Part shown: piece after piece, positions 1 through 9,785 of the stretch
Position numbering within the stretch: the stretch's first letter is position 1
Layout of the letters: every line of letters starts with the position of its first letter
Origin: a bacterium
Lineage (GTDB): Bacteria; UBA8248
DNA length: 64,000 bases
Assembly: GCA_965202625.1 (NCBI GenBank)
Contig: CBDBBI010000010.1
Span: forward strand, 640,001-704,000
Reading direction: 5' to 3'
The notes under the pieces: generated by a model
What the model was told of the DNA's origin: nothing
Databases searched by the model: none
The model's input: the letters and a program-made list of their open reading frames with translations, nothing else
Position numbers and translations under genes: made by a program

Positions 1-114
1 GATATAGTAATTATATTGGTGCGTTAAAGTTGGTGTCCGTTCCCAAATCACATCGGTTATTTAAGAGACTACAGTTCGTCCATTTAAAGTGAGGCAGTTC
101 ACCAGAGGATATCT

Positions 115-870
115 ATGAGGAATGCGAAAGCGACTATTCTTGTCATACTGACGATCTTCATGCCCCTTCAATTTCCCGGGCTTGCTTTTGCTCAGAAGCA
201 AAAAATAGTTGTGATGGACCTGACCGTGAGTCGGCCTAAAAAGAATTTCAATGAATTGCCGAAGGGTTGGAGACTTAAGGTATGGCAAGGAAAAGCTGAT
301 ATTCAATTGGTTCAGGATGAAGACGAGGATGCAAAAGTGCTTCGGATGCGCAGCGAAAAAGCATCTTTTTATATTTACAGGGAAATGAACATGGACGTCA
401 GGAAGTTTCCCCTGCTCTCGTGGAAATGGAAAATTACGAAGCTTCCCGAAGGTGCGGATGCAAGAAAGAACACATCTGACGACCAAGCGGCAGGTATTTA
501 CGTTATCTTTCCTAAATTTCCCAGTTTCGTCAACAGTAAGTTGATCGCGTATGTTTGGGAAACGAGTGCTCCCGTAGGCGCGATTGTCAAAAGCCGCAAG
601 AATCCAATGGTTCACTATATCGTCGTCAGGAGCGGCACGAGAAATCTCGACGAATGGATAACTGAGAAACGAAATGTATTGGATGATTACCGAAGGGTTT
701 TTGGCTCTGAGCCGCCGGAACTTGGTGGCGTCGCATTAGCCGTAGATGCAGACGATACCTTTTCGAACGCAGAGAGCTATTTCGCGAAGATCGAGTTCAA
801 CAGTCATCCCTCAAGAGTTGCTGCTGCTCCTGAATATACCCGCCTCGCTCAACTGACCAAGCTCCCTTGA
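115..870 (+). CDS. DUF3047 domain-containing exported protein
   Basis: 251 aa ORF with signal peptide; motifs LSWKWKI..LPEGAD, DDQAA.IYV.F, YVW, W.TEKRNVLDDYRRVFG, AVDADDT typical of DUF3047. Confidence 0.75.
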   Translation: MRNAKATILVILTIFMPLQFPGLAFAQKQKIVVMDLTVSRPKKNFNELPKGWRLKVWQGKADIQLVQDEDEDAKVLRMRSEKASFYIYREMNMDVRKFPLLSWKWKITKLPEGADARKNTSDDQAAGIYVIFPKFPSFVNSKLIAYVWETSAPVGAIVKSRKNPMVHYIVVRSGTRNLDEWITEKRNVLDDYRRVFGSEPPELGGVALAVDADDTFSNAESYFAKIEFNSHPSRVAAAPEYTRLAQLTKLP

Positions 871-975
871 TGGGTGCTCCTATTACTAAAAAGTTTACTT
901 GCATGCTCCCTTGCTCTCGTGGAGGGGGGGGGATACATACTCATGCAACTAGAAAGATCCGAGGTTTTCTTATAA

Positions 976-1914
976 GTGCCTAGTGCTGAGATAGAGATAT
1001 ATGCTGGCTTTGATCTTGGAGGCTCCTTTCTTAAGGCGTCATCCTTTAGACTGGATGGAGCATTGCGGCAAAATTGCTCTATGGACGCGACGCAATGCCG
1101 CAAAGCAGAGGATTATATCGCTCTTTTTGAGAATGCGAGAGAATTCCTCGCCTTGAATGAGCGCATCAGAGGCGTCGGGATCGCTGTTGCGGGCGTGCTT
1201 GATCTGAATGAGGGGCGAATCGTTGACTCCCCCAATTTACCCCATCTTCGTGACGTTTGTCTTTTAGAACTCTTAAAAGACGTGTTTCCCCTCGTTCCGA
1301 TTCATATGATGAACGATGCAAATGCCGCTGCTCTGGGTGAATATTTCGCGGGCTCGGGCTCAGGATATCAGAGCATGTTCATCATAACGTTAGGCACGGG
1401 CATCGGCGGAGGCTTTATTCAAAGCGGAGAAATTTGGAAGGGCGCATCAGGGATGGCGGGGGAAATTGGCCATATGGCCATTGAACGGAATGGAGAGATG
1501 TGCAATTGTGGTGCTCGAGGATGTTTGGAGGCATATTTTTCGAGCTGGGCGCTGAAGAGAGACGCGAAGGCGTATGCAACGCGACATCCAGATTCCACCA
1601 TCGCAATGCGAGACAAAACATCACCCATCTCTTTATCTGATCTCGCCAGATCCGGAGACCATGCTGCAAAAACAATATGGGAAGATGGAGGACATGCACT
1701 TGGCGTCGGGATCGCCAACATAATGAATTTAGTGAATCCTGAAAGTATCGTTCTGACGGGAGGATTGATGAAGGCGAAAGAACATTTTCTGCCGGCTGCG
1801 CAAAGGGCTTGGGAGGTGAACTCTTTTGAGCGAGCGAGTGCTTCGTCCAAAGTATCTTTAGGAGAGTTAGGAGAGTGGGCGGGCGCGAGAGGCGCCATTC
1901 AGCCTTTCTTATAG
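976..1914 (+). CDS. ROK family sugar kinase (glucokinase-like)
   Basis: DLGGS, NDANAAALGE, GTGIGGG, AGEIGH and CNCGARGCLEAY zinc motif. Confidence 0.9.
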   Translation: MPSAEIEIYAGFDLGGSFLKASSFRLDGALRQNCSMDATQCRKAEDYIALFENAREFLALNERIRGVGIAVAGVLDLNEGRIVDSPNLPHLRDVCLLELLKDVFPLVPIHMMNDANAAALGEYFAGSGSGYQSMFIITLGTGIGGGFIQSGEIWKGASGMAGEIGHMAIERNGEMCNCGARGCLEAYFSSWALKRDAKAYATRHPDSTIAMRDKTSPISLSDLARSGDHAAKTIWEDGGHALGVGIANIMNLVNPESIVLTGGLMKAKEHFLPAAQRAWEVNSFERASASSKVSLGELGEWAGARGAIQPFL

Positions 1915-2093
1915 AAAGACCGATGCAAGCAGCTTGCGAGTCGTTTTCTCTTGATTTTCATCAGAAATGGATGACAAGAATAAATTAAATAGCGGTTTAT
2001 GATATGTGAATGAAAGCAATATCTATCCATCTCTCTCCCTCCGTGTTGGACACTATCCGGTTGTGAATCTTTGAAAATTTTCTACTTTTACTC

Positions 2094-2123
2094 TTGACAT
2101 ATACAATAGAAACGCACGATAGT
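2094..2123 (+). promoter_or_regulatory. Putative sigma70 promoter of dtxR-fut operon
   Basis: TTGACA (2094-2099), 18-nt spacer, GATAGT (2118-2123). Confidence 0.55.
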
Positions 2124-2139
2124 GTTAATCTGAATTAAC
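2124..2139. promoter_or_regulatory. Putative DtxR/MntR-family operator
   Basis: Inverted repeat GTTAAT-CTGA-ATTAAC directly after the -10 box, upstream of a DtxR-family gene; resembles SloR/ScaR-type TTAA-N-TTAA boxes. Confidence 0.7.
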
Positions 2140-2191
2140 TTTATTCTACGCAGATAACAGTTGGATTTTCAATTCATAAGGAATTTACGCT

Positions 2192-2740
2192 ATGGATTCA
2201 CAACGTTCTCATGAGGCGCTCTCGCCAAGCTTGGAGCACTATCTTCGCGCCATATACGAGCTACAGGAGAGGAAGGGGTATGCACGCGTGACGGATGTTG
2301 CGTCCATTCTGGGCGTCGCGAAACCGGCCGTTTCAGCCGCAGTGAAAACCCTTCGCTCAAATGGTTTCGTGTCCCACCGTGTTTACGAAAGTGTTCTATT
2401 GACGGAAGAAGGCGCAAAACGCGCAAAGGGAGTATCCGGAAAATTCTCCGTTTTAATGCACTTCCTCGTAAATGTTCTCGGTGTTCAAGAAGAGCAAGCC
2501 CTCATAGACGCTTGTCTAATGGAGCACTACGTCAGCGGGAACTCGATAGACAGATTTCTCGATTTGCTACGCTTTTTCGAGGAGCCGTGCAATCAGGAAA
2601 TTTTGGAGAAATTTCATCTGTTTCGTCGTTCATGCGAGAGCACTAATACATGCCCGACATGTTCTTACCACTGCGATATCAGCGTCATCGACTTCGACGA
2701 CATGGCGAAGAAAACAAATAAAACGCGCCAACGGGTTTGA
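2192..2740 (+). CDS. DtxR/MntR family metal-dependent transcriptional regulator
   Basis: LEHYLRAIYEL, ARVTDVA..LGVAKPAVS HTH, LTEEG, DACLMEH metal site; Cys-rich C-terminal tail. Confidence 0.9.
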   Translation: MDSQRSHEALSPSLEHYLRAIYELQERKGYARVTDVASILGVAKPAVSAAVKTLRSNGFVSHRVYESVLLTEEGAKRAKGVSGKFSVLMHFLVNVLGVQEEQALIDACLMEHYVSGNSIDRFLDLLRFFEEPCNQEILEKFHLFRRSCESTNTCPTCSYHCDISVIDFDDMAKKTNKTRQRV

Positions 2741-2849
2741 ATCTGCTGGCGTCATAAAGATTTATTCTCTTCTCCCACGACTCAAACTGAAGTCGAATTC
2801 ACGGGAAGTAGGCCAAATGGCTACCATTCTCTAAAAGGAGGTAGAACCA

Positions 2850-3920
2850 ATGTTTGTAGCGTTCTACAGAAAAAAACAGGCGAGATTATGTCTGTGGATT
2901 TCTATGCCCGCTATCCTGATCGCGCTCACCCTAGGCAAAGCCACAGCAGGCACCGAAGAGAGCGTGAACCTCTACTCTTACCGACAGCCTTTTCTCATCC
3001 AACCGATTTTGAAATCGTTTGCTGAGAAAACGGGGATCAAGGTCAACATCGTTTTTGCAAAAAAGGGTATGCTGGAGAAAATCAAGGCGACGCCCGGGGC
3101 GGCTGACGCGGTCCTCACTGTGGACATCGGACGTCTACATGATATGGACGAAGCTGGATTGCTGCAACCGGTGAAGTCGAGAGTGTTGGAACGCAACATC
3201 CCTTCGGCCTATCGCCATCCCAAGGGACACTGGTTTGGCCTCACACTTCGCGGAAGGGTCATATACGCCAGCAAAGAGCGCGTAAAGCCGGGGGAAATTT
3301 TTCGCTATGAGGACATGGCCGCTCCGAAGTGGAAAGGCAGAATTTGCCTGCGCTCGGGCAAGCACGTCTATAATATCTCCTTTTTCGCTTCCATGATAGC
3401 GCATCGGGGCGAGGCGGAAACCAGGAAATGGTTGTCCGCGCTCAAGTCCAACCTAGCCCGCAAACCCAGTGGGAACGACCGTGCACAGGCGAAGGCCATT
3501 TACGCGGGACAATGCGACATCGCTGTGGGCAACACCTATTACATGGGAAAAATGTCGACAAATCAGAAAAAGAAAGATCTGAGAAAATGGGCGAAAGCGA
3601 TATACCTCGTTTTTCCCAATCAGAAAGATAGGGGCGCACACGTTAACGTTAGTGGCGCCGCCGTCACAAAGCATGCGAAAAATCGTAAAAACGCGGTTCA
3701 ACTCATCGAGTTTCTAAGTGGAGAATATGCGCAAAAATTGTATGCTGGTCAGAATTTTGAGTATCCGCTGAAAAAGGGAGTGAAAACCCATCCTTTGGTC
3801 GCATCTTGGGGGAAATTCAAGGCGGATAATATCAACCTCGCCAAGGTGGCGAATTTTCGGGCCTTGGCCTCTCGGCTAGTGGATCAGGTAGGTTTCAATA
3901 GCTTCAGGCCAAGCAATTAG
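2850..3920 (+). CDS. futA: Fe(3+) ABC transporter substrate-binding protein (FutA/FbpA/IdiA type)
   Basis: VNLYSYRQ, TVDIGRL, RSGKHVYN, GNDRAQ, NTYY (Tyr pair iron ligands), GAHVNVSG; AGGAGG RBS. Confidence 0.9.
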   Translation: MFVAFYRKKQARLCLWISMPAILIALTLGKATAGTEESVNLYSYRQPFLIQPILKSFAEKTGIKVNIVFAKKGMLEKIKATPGAADAVLTVDIGRLHDMDEAGLLQPVKSRVLERNIPSAYRHPKGHWFGLTLRGRVIYASKERVKPGEIFRYEDMAAPKWKGRICLRSGKHVYNISFFASMIAHRGEAETRKWLSALKSNLARKPSGNDRAQAKAIYAGQCDIAVGNTYYMGKMSTNQKKKDLRKWAKAIYLVFPNQKDRGAHVNVSGAAVTKHAKNRKNAVQLIEFLSGEYAQKLYAGQNFEYPLKKGVKTHPLVASWGKFKADNINLAKVANFRALASRLVDQVGFNSFRPSN

Positions 3921-3989
3921 CAATAGTATCAAGCCCCCCCAATATCCGCATTGCGTGTGCGGGCTTGGGAGCACCTTACAATAAAGCCA

Positions 3990-5690
3990 ATGAGCACAGA
4001 CGTCGAATTTTACACAGACGCCTCTCCGAGGCGTTTCAAAAAGTGGATTCATCTGGATTTTTGGACGAGCGTATCTCTTCTGCTCACATTTCTCATTGCG
4101 ACTCCGCTCCTGTCTGTGGGTATCCTCGCGCTCAAGCCTAGCGGCGACATCTGGCGTCACCTAATCATGACTGTACTATCACGCTATATGAGCACCACCA
4201 TAGGCCTAATGGTGGGTGTAGGCACTGGCGCGTTGATCATCGGAGTGTGCAACGCGTGGCTTGTGACAATGTGTCGCTTTCCGGGACGACGAATTTTTGA
4301 ATGGGCGCTTCTCCTGCCCTTAGCGATGCCCACATACGTGGTGGCTTACGTCTACACGGATGTTTTTGAGTACGCGGGTCCCGTACAGACACTGTTGCGA
4401 GACATCTTCGGGTGGGAATCAGGTCGAGATTACTGGTTTCCGGAAATACGCTCTCTCGGCGGTGCGATTTTCGTGATGACGATTACGCTTTATCCATACG
4501 TGTATCTACTTGCGCGCGTCGCTTTCATCCAGCAATCGGTTTGCATATTGGAAGTGAGCAGAACTTTGGGCAAAACCTCGTGGCGAAGCTTTTGCTCTAT
4601 CGCCCTGCCCTTAGCGCGCCCATCTCTCATCATTGGGGTGAGTCTTGTCTTAATGGAGGTGCTGAATGATTTCGGAACGGTTGATTTCTTCTCTGTGGAA
4701 ACGCTCACGGCCGGCATCTTTGACGTATGGCTCAACTTAAACAATATCTCGGGTGCCGCCCAACTTGCCGTTGTCGCTCTGTGTTTTATTTTACTTCTTT
4801 TGTGGGCAGAGAGAAAATCGCGCAGTAATCAGAGATACTTCCACACTTCCACCAAGTATCAGACGCTCCCAAGTTATCAACTGGTTCGCGCGAAAACGTT
4901 GGGTGCGGTGATTTCATGCCTGCTACCGATTGGATTCGGATTTATCCTGCCATCTTGTATCTTGGCTTATTACGCTTGGATTTTTTATGAAGAGAGTATT
5001 TCGCGGCACTTTTATTCGATTCTTTCCAACAGCCTGATTTTGTCATCCCTTAGCGCAATCTTGTCCCTTTGTGCAGGCTCTTTTCTAGCCTATGGAGTCC
5101 GCCTGAAGAATAATGCGGTTCTGAGGTCAGCCGCTAGGTTCGCCCACACAGGGTATGCCGTTCCAGGGGCGGTTCTCGCCGTCGGCGTCCTGATTCCAAC
5201 GGGAAAGCTCGACGTCTTCATACAAGTATTTCTTAAAGACATCTTTGACATATCCACCGGCTTATTCTTTAGCGGCACGATCATGGCTGTTAGTTATGGG
5301 TATCTGGCGCGTTTCCTAGCACTTTCCTATGGTGCCGTAGAAGCCAGTCTGATGAGAATCACTCCCAACATGGATGGGGCCGCTCGAACGCTGGGTATGG
5401 GGCCCGCCAGAACTCTAAGACGCGTTCATCTGCCCATGATCAGGGGCGGCATTCTGACGGCGGCCATATTGGTGTTTGTCGACACCATGAAAGAACTTCC
5501 TATGACGCTCATCTTGCGCCCATTCAACTTCGAAACCTTGGCTACCCATGTGCATCAAATGGCCTCAGATGAGCTCCTGGAAGAGAGCGCGCTCGGTTCG
5601 TTGAGCATCGTGGCGGCCGGACTGTTGCCTGTCATCTATTTGAGCCGCACCATCCGGGGATCGCGCCCGGGAGGAGAAAAACAAGGATGA
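3990..5690 (+). CDS. futB: Fe(3+) ABC transporter permease
   Basis: Duplicated permease with LPLAMPTYV, DFGTV, KELPMTLILRPFNFETLA; start placed at ATG 3990 (ORF track 3951). Confidence 0.9.
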   Translation: MSTDVEFYTDASPRRFKKWIHLDFWTSVSLLLTFLIATPLLSVGILALKPSGDIWRHLIMTVLSRYMSTTIGLMVGVGTGALIIGVCNAWLVTMCRFPGRRIFEWALLLPLAMPTYVVAYVYTDVFEYAGPVQTLLRDIFGWESGRDYWFPEIRSLGGAIFVMTITLYPYVYLLARVAFIQQSVCILEVSRTLGKTSWRSFCSIALPLARPSLIIGVSLVLMEVLNDFGTVDFFSVETLTAGIFDVWLNLNNISGAAQLAVVALCFILLLLWAERKSRSNQRYFHTSTKYQTLPSYQLVRAKTLGAVISCLLPIGFGFILPSCILAYYAWIFYEESISRHFYSILSNSLILSSLSAILSLCAGSFLAYGVRLKNNAVLRSAARFAHTGYAVPGAVLAVGVLIPTGKLDVFIQVFLKDIFDISTGLFFSGTIMAVSYGYLARFLALSYGAVEASLMRITPNMDGAARTLGMGPARTLRRVHLPMIRGGILTAAILVFVDTMKELPMTLILRPFNFETLATHVHQMASDELLEESALGSLSIVAAGLLPVIYLSRTIRGSRPGGEKQG

Positions 5691-5695
5691 TATAA

Positions 5696-6769
5696 ATGGC
5701 CAAACTTGAGATCAAGAATGTATCGCATTCATACGGCACAAAAGAAATCATCAAGGATTTATCTTTCACCGCCGAGCTGGGAGAAATTGCATGTCTACTG
5801 GGCCCTTCTGGATGCGGCAAGACGACTCTTTTGCGTCTGGTGGCTGGACTCACTCCGCTACAGTCAGGACGGATTCGCCTCGACGAAAAGGTCGTATCTG
5901 AACCTGCGCGCGGAATCGAGACGCCGCCGGAGAAGAGAAACGTGGGCTTCATGTTCCAAGACTATGCTCTTTTTCCGCACTTAAACATTTTTCAGAACAT
6001 CGCTTTTGGGGTAAAGAACCCCTCGCTAGAAAAGCTTGCCGAAATACAAAGAAGCATGATTCAAATGGATATCGTGGAATTGACCGACGCATATCCACAT
6101 ACTCTTTCCGGTGGCCAACAGCAGCGTGTCGCCTTGCTTCGGGCGTTGGCACCCATCCCCCGGCTCCTTCTTTTGGACGAACCGTTCTCCGGTCTTGATA
6201 TCAATCTCCGAACCCAAGTGCGCGAGGATACACTGGGATTACTCAAGCAAACAGGCATCACTACGCTCATGGTCACACATGACCCACAGGAAGCGATGTA
6301 TATGGCCGACCACATATTGGTCATGAAAGATGGAAGAATTGAACAAAGCGGATCGCCGCGTGAAATTTATCAATTTCCCACCACCGAATTTGCTGCTCGC
6401 TTTGTTGGCCAGACCAACATTTTGCAAGGCATCATTCTATCGACCAATTACGATGAAGTGATGACAACCATTGGGGCCGTGCCGTGCCTCTCTATGCGCG
6501 GTCTTGAATTCGGCACAGATGCCTTCATTTCCATTCGGCCAGAGAGCTTTGAAATTGACCCGAATGGACCCTTTCGAGCCAAGATTTGCAGCATTCGCTA
6601 TGTAGGACAATCCATGTTGCTAGAAGTCGAGATAATCGGCGAAATCGGTAAGGGACACCGGTTAAAAATAGGCGTGCACCCCAATTCAAGGGTAGATGTT
6701 GGAGAAGAGATCCGATTCCGCATTATGCCAGATTTTGTCACGGTGATTGAATATCCGCTCGATGACTAG
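5696..6769 (+). CDS. futC: Fe(3+) ABC transporter ATP-binding protein
   Basis: GPSGCGKT, FQDYALFPH, LSGGQQQR, LLLDEPFS; C-terminal TOBE-like domain. Confidence 0.9.
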   Translation: MAKLEIKNVSHSYGTKEIIKDLSFTAELGEIACLLGPSGCGKTTLLRLVAGLTPLQSGRIRLDEKVVSEPARGIETPPEKRNVGFMFQDYALFPHLNIFQNIAFGVKNPSLEKLAEIQRSMIQMDIVELTDAYPHTLSGGQQQRVALLRALAPIPRLLLLDEPFSGLDINLRTQVREDTLGLLKQTGITTLMVTHDPQEAMYMADHILVMKDGRIEQSGSPREIYQFPTTEFAARFVGQTNILQGIILSTNYDEVMTTIGAVPCLSMRGLEFGTDAFISIRPESFEIDPNGPFRAKICSIRYVGQSMLLEVEIIGEIGKGHRLKIGVHPNSRVDVGEEIRFRIMPDFVTVIEYPLDD

Positions 6770-6854
6770 TCGCCTCTCTCAATGTCGCTTACTTTTTTCG
6801 GTGAGAGACTACGTTTGGCATTCCCCCTGAATTTTTGATGAAGGTCTTCGTCCG

Positions 6855-7858
6855 TCAGCGAATTTTCAGCACATCCTTGTTGATGTTCTTTTTCAATGAA
6901 GGCGTTTCCGTCATAGAGTCGAACTTCCACGCTCCCGGGAAAAGGTGAGGAAAACCCTGCGCGTCATCTTGAACGTAAGAGACTTTATTCGTCAGAGTCA
7001 GCACATCGCGATCTTCTATGCACTTCCTCGAAGTCATCCACCCCTCACCAAAATGCTCGCTCAACAATACGCAAGGAGAGTTTGGCTTCATATTCACCTC
7101 TTAGTTTTCGGAATCAGGTCAAGAACCCAGTCTATCGTTCATTCGCAGCGTGGCAGATGAGGCTTTAGATTTTTGCGCGATATATTTCTTCTTGATTCCT
7201 GAGCCGAATACAAGCGTCCATAAATACATTGATCACATGGCCGCAAGGATAGGATTTGAAGCCACCAGACAGAGTTTCTCATATGTCGCCAAGATATTTA
7301 TTTGGTGAAAACCTCGACCTTGAATTCCTCATCGGCGATGATGCGCCGAAGGTTCCGGCAATAGCGGTCATGTGAAAATCCCAAGCGTGGAATTTACCGG
7401 AGGTGGTTCATCCGATTCGAATCTATGATTCAAACCCCGCCCGCAAGCGCGAATGAAATCTGGCCTGTTTTTGGAGAATGCTTCATCTACCGAAAAACCG
7501 CAGGAACGACCGCCGCTGCGATTCGGATGATCGATTTGCACGTTTATACTTAAAAGGCAGAGCATGGTCAGAGTGCATTCAAAAAAGCGGCGTTCGCCGC
7601 GAGGATTCAAGATTTCTCACCTATCGCACTGCAAGGATCCAAGTCATGGAAGGAGTGGTTTTCGTACTCTGGTATCTTTCCTATGATGTTTTTCGTCATC
7701 GCCGCAGGGCACATCAATTTCCATTGAGCGGGCAGCAAGAGTGATTCCGATGAAGTCAAGGGTCAGGAATTTTGCTTGGTGGGCCATTCAGCGAAGAATG
7801 TTATTGAAGTCCAAAGTTTTGGGAAATTAGCACAGAGCCTCACTGGGCGTCGGAGACA
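6855..7858 (-). pseudogene. MmgE/PrpD family pseudogene (many stops and frameshifts, internal deletion)
   Basis: Manual translation of the minus strand gives ordered fragments HQAKFLTLDFIGITLAA, AANAAFLN, AAVVPAV, FHMTAIAGTFGA, GFKSYPCGH, IEDRDVLTLTNKVSY; boundaries approximate. Confidence 0.7.
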
Positions 7859-7872
7859 CGTTATTTCAACTC

Positions 7873-8877
7873 TTATGAAATTTTGGGGAACACTTCCTCC
7901 GCCATCATCTGCATGGTCTCCAGAACGAGCGACTGAGGCATCCCCGGCCACTGCATACTCATGACAAGGTGATTGACGCCAAGACTAGCCAGCTCCAACA
8001 TGCCCTCTGAAACTTCATCTGGCGATCCAAGGAGAAACCGTTTTTGTAATAGATCATCAAACTGTTGGCCCAAGTCGTCATCTCCTTTGGGCATGGCCTT
8101 ATCTTGTCCCCAACGATGATATTCTCGATATTTAATCTCCAGATATGGTTTAGTGAGCCGAATGGCCTCCGCCTTGTCGCGCGCGACAAACACTTCGCGC
8201 CGCATCGGAAATTCAGCGGGAAAAGGTTTGCCGAGATCTTCGAGAGTCTGGCGATAAAGCGCGATTTGACGCCTGGTCGTGTCAAGCCGATTGTGTGGGT
8301 TCACATAGTAGCAGTCGCCCAACCTAGCCGCCCGACGAATGCCTGCATCGCTGTTCGCCCCAATCCAAATGGGGGGATGCGGCTTCTGAACGGGTTTAAG
8401 AGGACACGACGCCTCAAGCAATTCAAAGTGAGAGCCTCGCATCGAAACCTTATCTTCTGACCAAAGACGCTTGATGGCCTCGAGATTCTCCTCCAGGCGT
8501 CTCGCCCTCTCCCTCTGCGTCGTGCCAAATCCCCTGAATTCCACTTCTCGGTAGCCGAGACCCGCGCCAAATATGAGTTTCCCATTCGACATCACGTCAA
8601 TCGTTGCCAACTGCTCCGCTATGTCCATAGGTTTATGAAGCGACAACAACACGATGCCAGCATTGAGCCGAAGAGCTGGTGCCTCCGCGTTCACTCGGGC
8701 GAGAAAAGGTAGCTGCTGAAAATCCTGAAGAGGATACGCACTATAGTGATTTCCTTTAGTGATCGAGGCGAACCCTAATTCCTCCGCCCTTCTCGCTTGC
8801 TCCATCAATTCATGGAAGCGAACCCGCATGTCATCTTCTAAGGTGAATTGACCTCTCAGCATTATGCCGAATTGCAT
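7873..8877 (-). CDS. LLM class flavin-dependent oxidoreductase (luciferase-like)
   Basis: AEQLATIDVMSNGKLIFGAGLGYREVEF, PVQKPHPPIWIG, AARLGD. Confidence 0.9.
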   Translation of the reverse strand: MQFGIMLRGQFTLEDDMRVRFHELMEQARRAEELGFASITKGNHYSAYPLQDFQQLPFLARVNAEAPALRLNAGIVLLSLHKPMDIAEQLATIDVMSNGKLIFGAGLGYREVEFRGFGTTQRERARRLEENLEAIKRLWSEDKVSMRGSHFELLEASCPLKPVQKPHPPIWIGANSDAGIRRAARLGDCYYVNPHNRLDTTRRQIALYRQTLEDLGKPFPAEFPMRREVFVARDKAEAIRLTKPYLEIKYREYHRWGQDKAMPKGDDDLGQQFDDLLQKRFLLGSPDEVSEGMLELASLGVNHLVMSMQWPGMPQSLVLETMQMMAEEVFPKIS

Positions 8878-9064
8878 TTTTCTTCCTTCGCCATAAGAAA
8901 ATTTTTCATTTGGATAGGATGGTTAACAGCGCCATGATTGGTACATTATGGTTGCGTATTCGACGATGCTAAGCGATACTTATCGAGTAAGCTACCGCAT
9001 CGCATGCCGCTTGACAAGCAGGTTGTATTTTCATAATCGGAGATTGTCATTCGATTTTCTGCAA

Positions 9065-9604
9065 TCAAACTAGGTGTTGGTTCTCATTTATCATCTCACC
9101 AGCGAAATCGCGCTTGTAAAGTCGTTCGTCGTATCCTCGGTAGTTCACTTCTGCTGGACTCGGGTTATAGAATTCACAGATCAGAACATACTTGTTCGAC
9201 AATTCGTATAAATTTCTATAGAAGGCAAAGAGATGATCCGGATTGATGTGAATGAGAACGGTCCTCGTGGACGTGAGGTCGTATTTTCTATCAGCTGGAA
9301 TGGCTTTAAGAATAGAATTGTTTACAATTTCAGCGATGCTACGGGACCTTGCGATGTTCGCGGCGGTTTCATTAATTTCATAGCCGCGAAGATCTAGGTT
9401 CGGATAAATTCCATAAAACGCTTGCGGATTAATACCGATATTACAGCGGAGCTCAAGAGCTGACTTCACATTCAGAGCGCACTTTAGAATGTTCGCAAAT
9501 CGAACCATATGGGTTGTTACAAGGTTTTCCTCTTGATTCCGAGTAATGTATTCATTTCCGAACTCACCCGCCCAAAATGCTTCTTGTTCGGTCTGATATT
9601 TCAT
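9065..9604 (-). pseudogene. Pseudaminic acid biosynthesis-associated methylase, degenerate and C-terminally truncated
   Basis: TEQEAFWAGEFGNEYITRN, VLIHINPD, EFYNPSP..V.YRG...LYKRDFAGE; SAM motif reads ELRCNIG instead of ELGCNIG; usual C-terminal segment absent. Confidence 0.65.
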
Positions 9605-9785
9605 CGCTCATTCCTATGTTAGTGACATTGGCGGCATCTAAAAAATCGCCAACCCCGTCGTTCCTCTTTTGAGATATTCTCTCTTAGGCATATCCGGGAA
9701 GAGACAACGCTGCTGATACGCCATATTCATCTCTTTTCTTTCCGGGGAGACACCTACAACAAGAAAATACGCTTTGCATAGGGCG

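Noticed and set aside
2741-2849. Hairpin-forming segments between dtxR and futA
   Set aside because: No match to a riboswitch I recognise and no U-tract; insufficient support.
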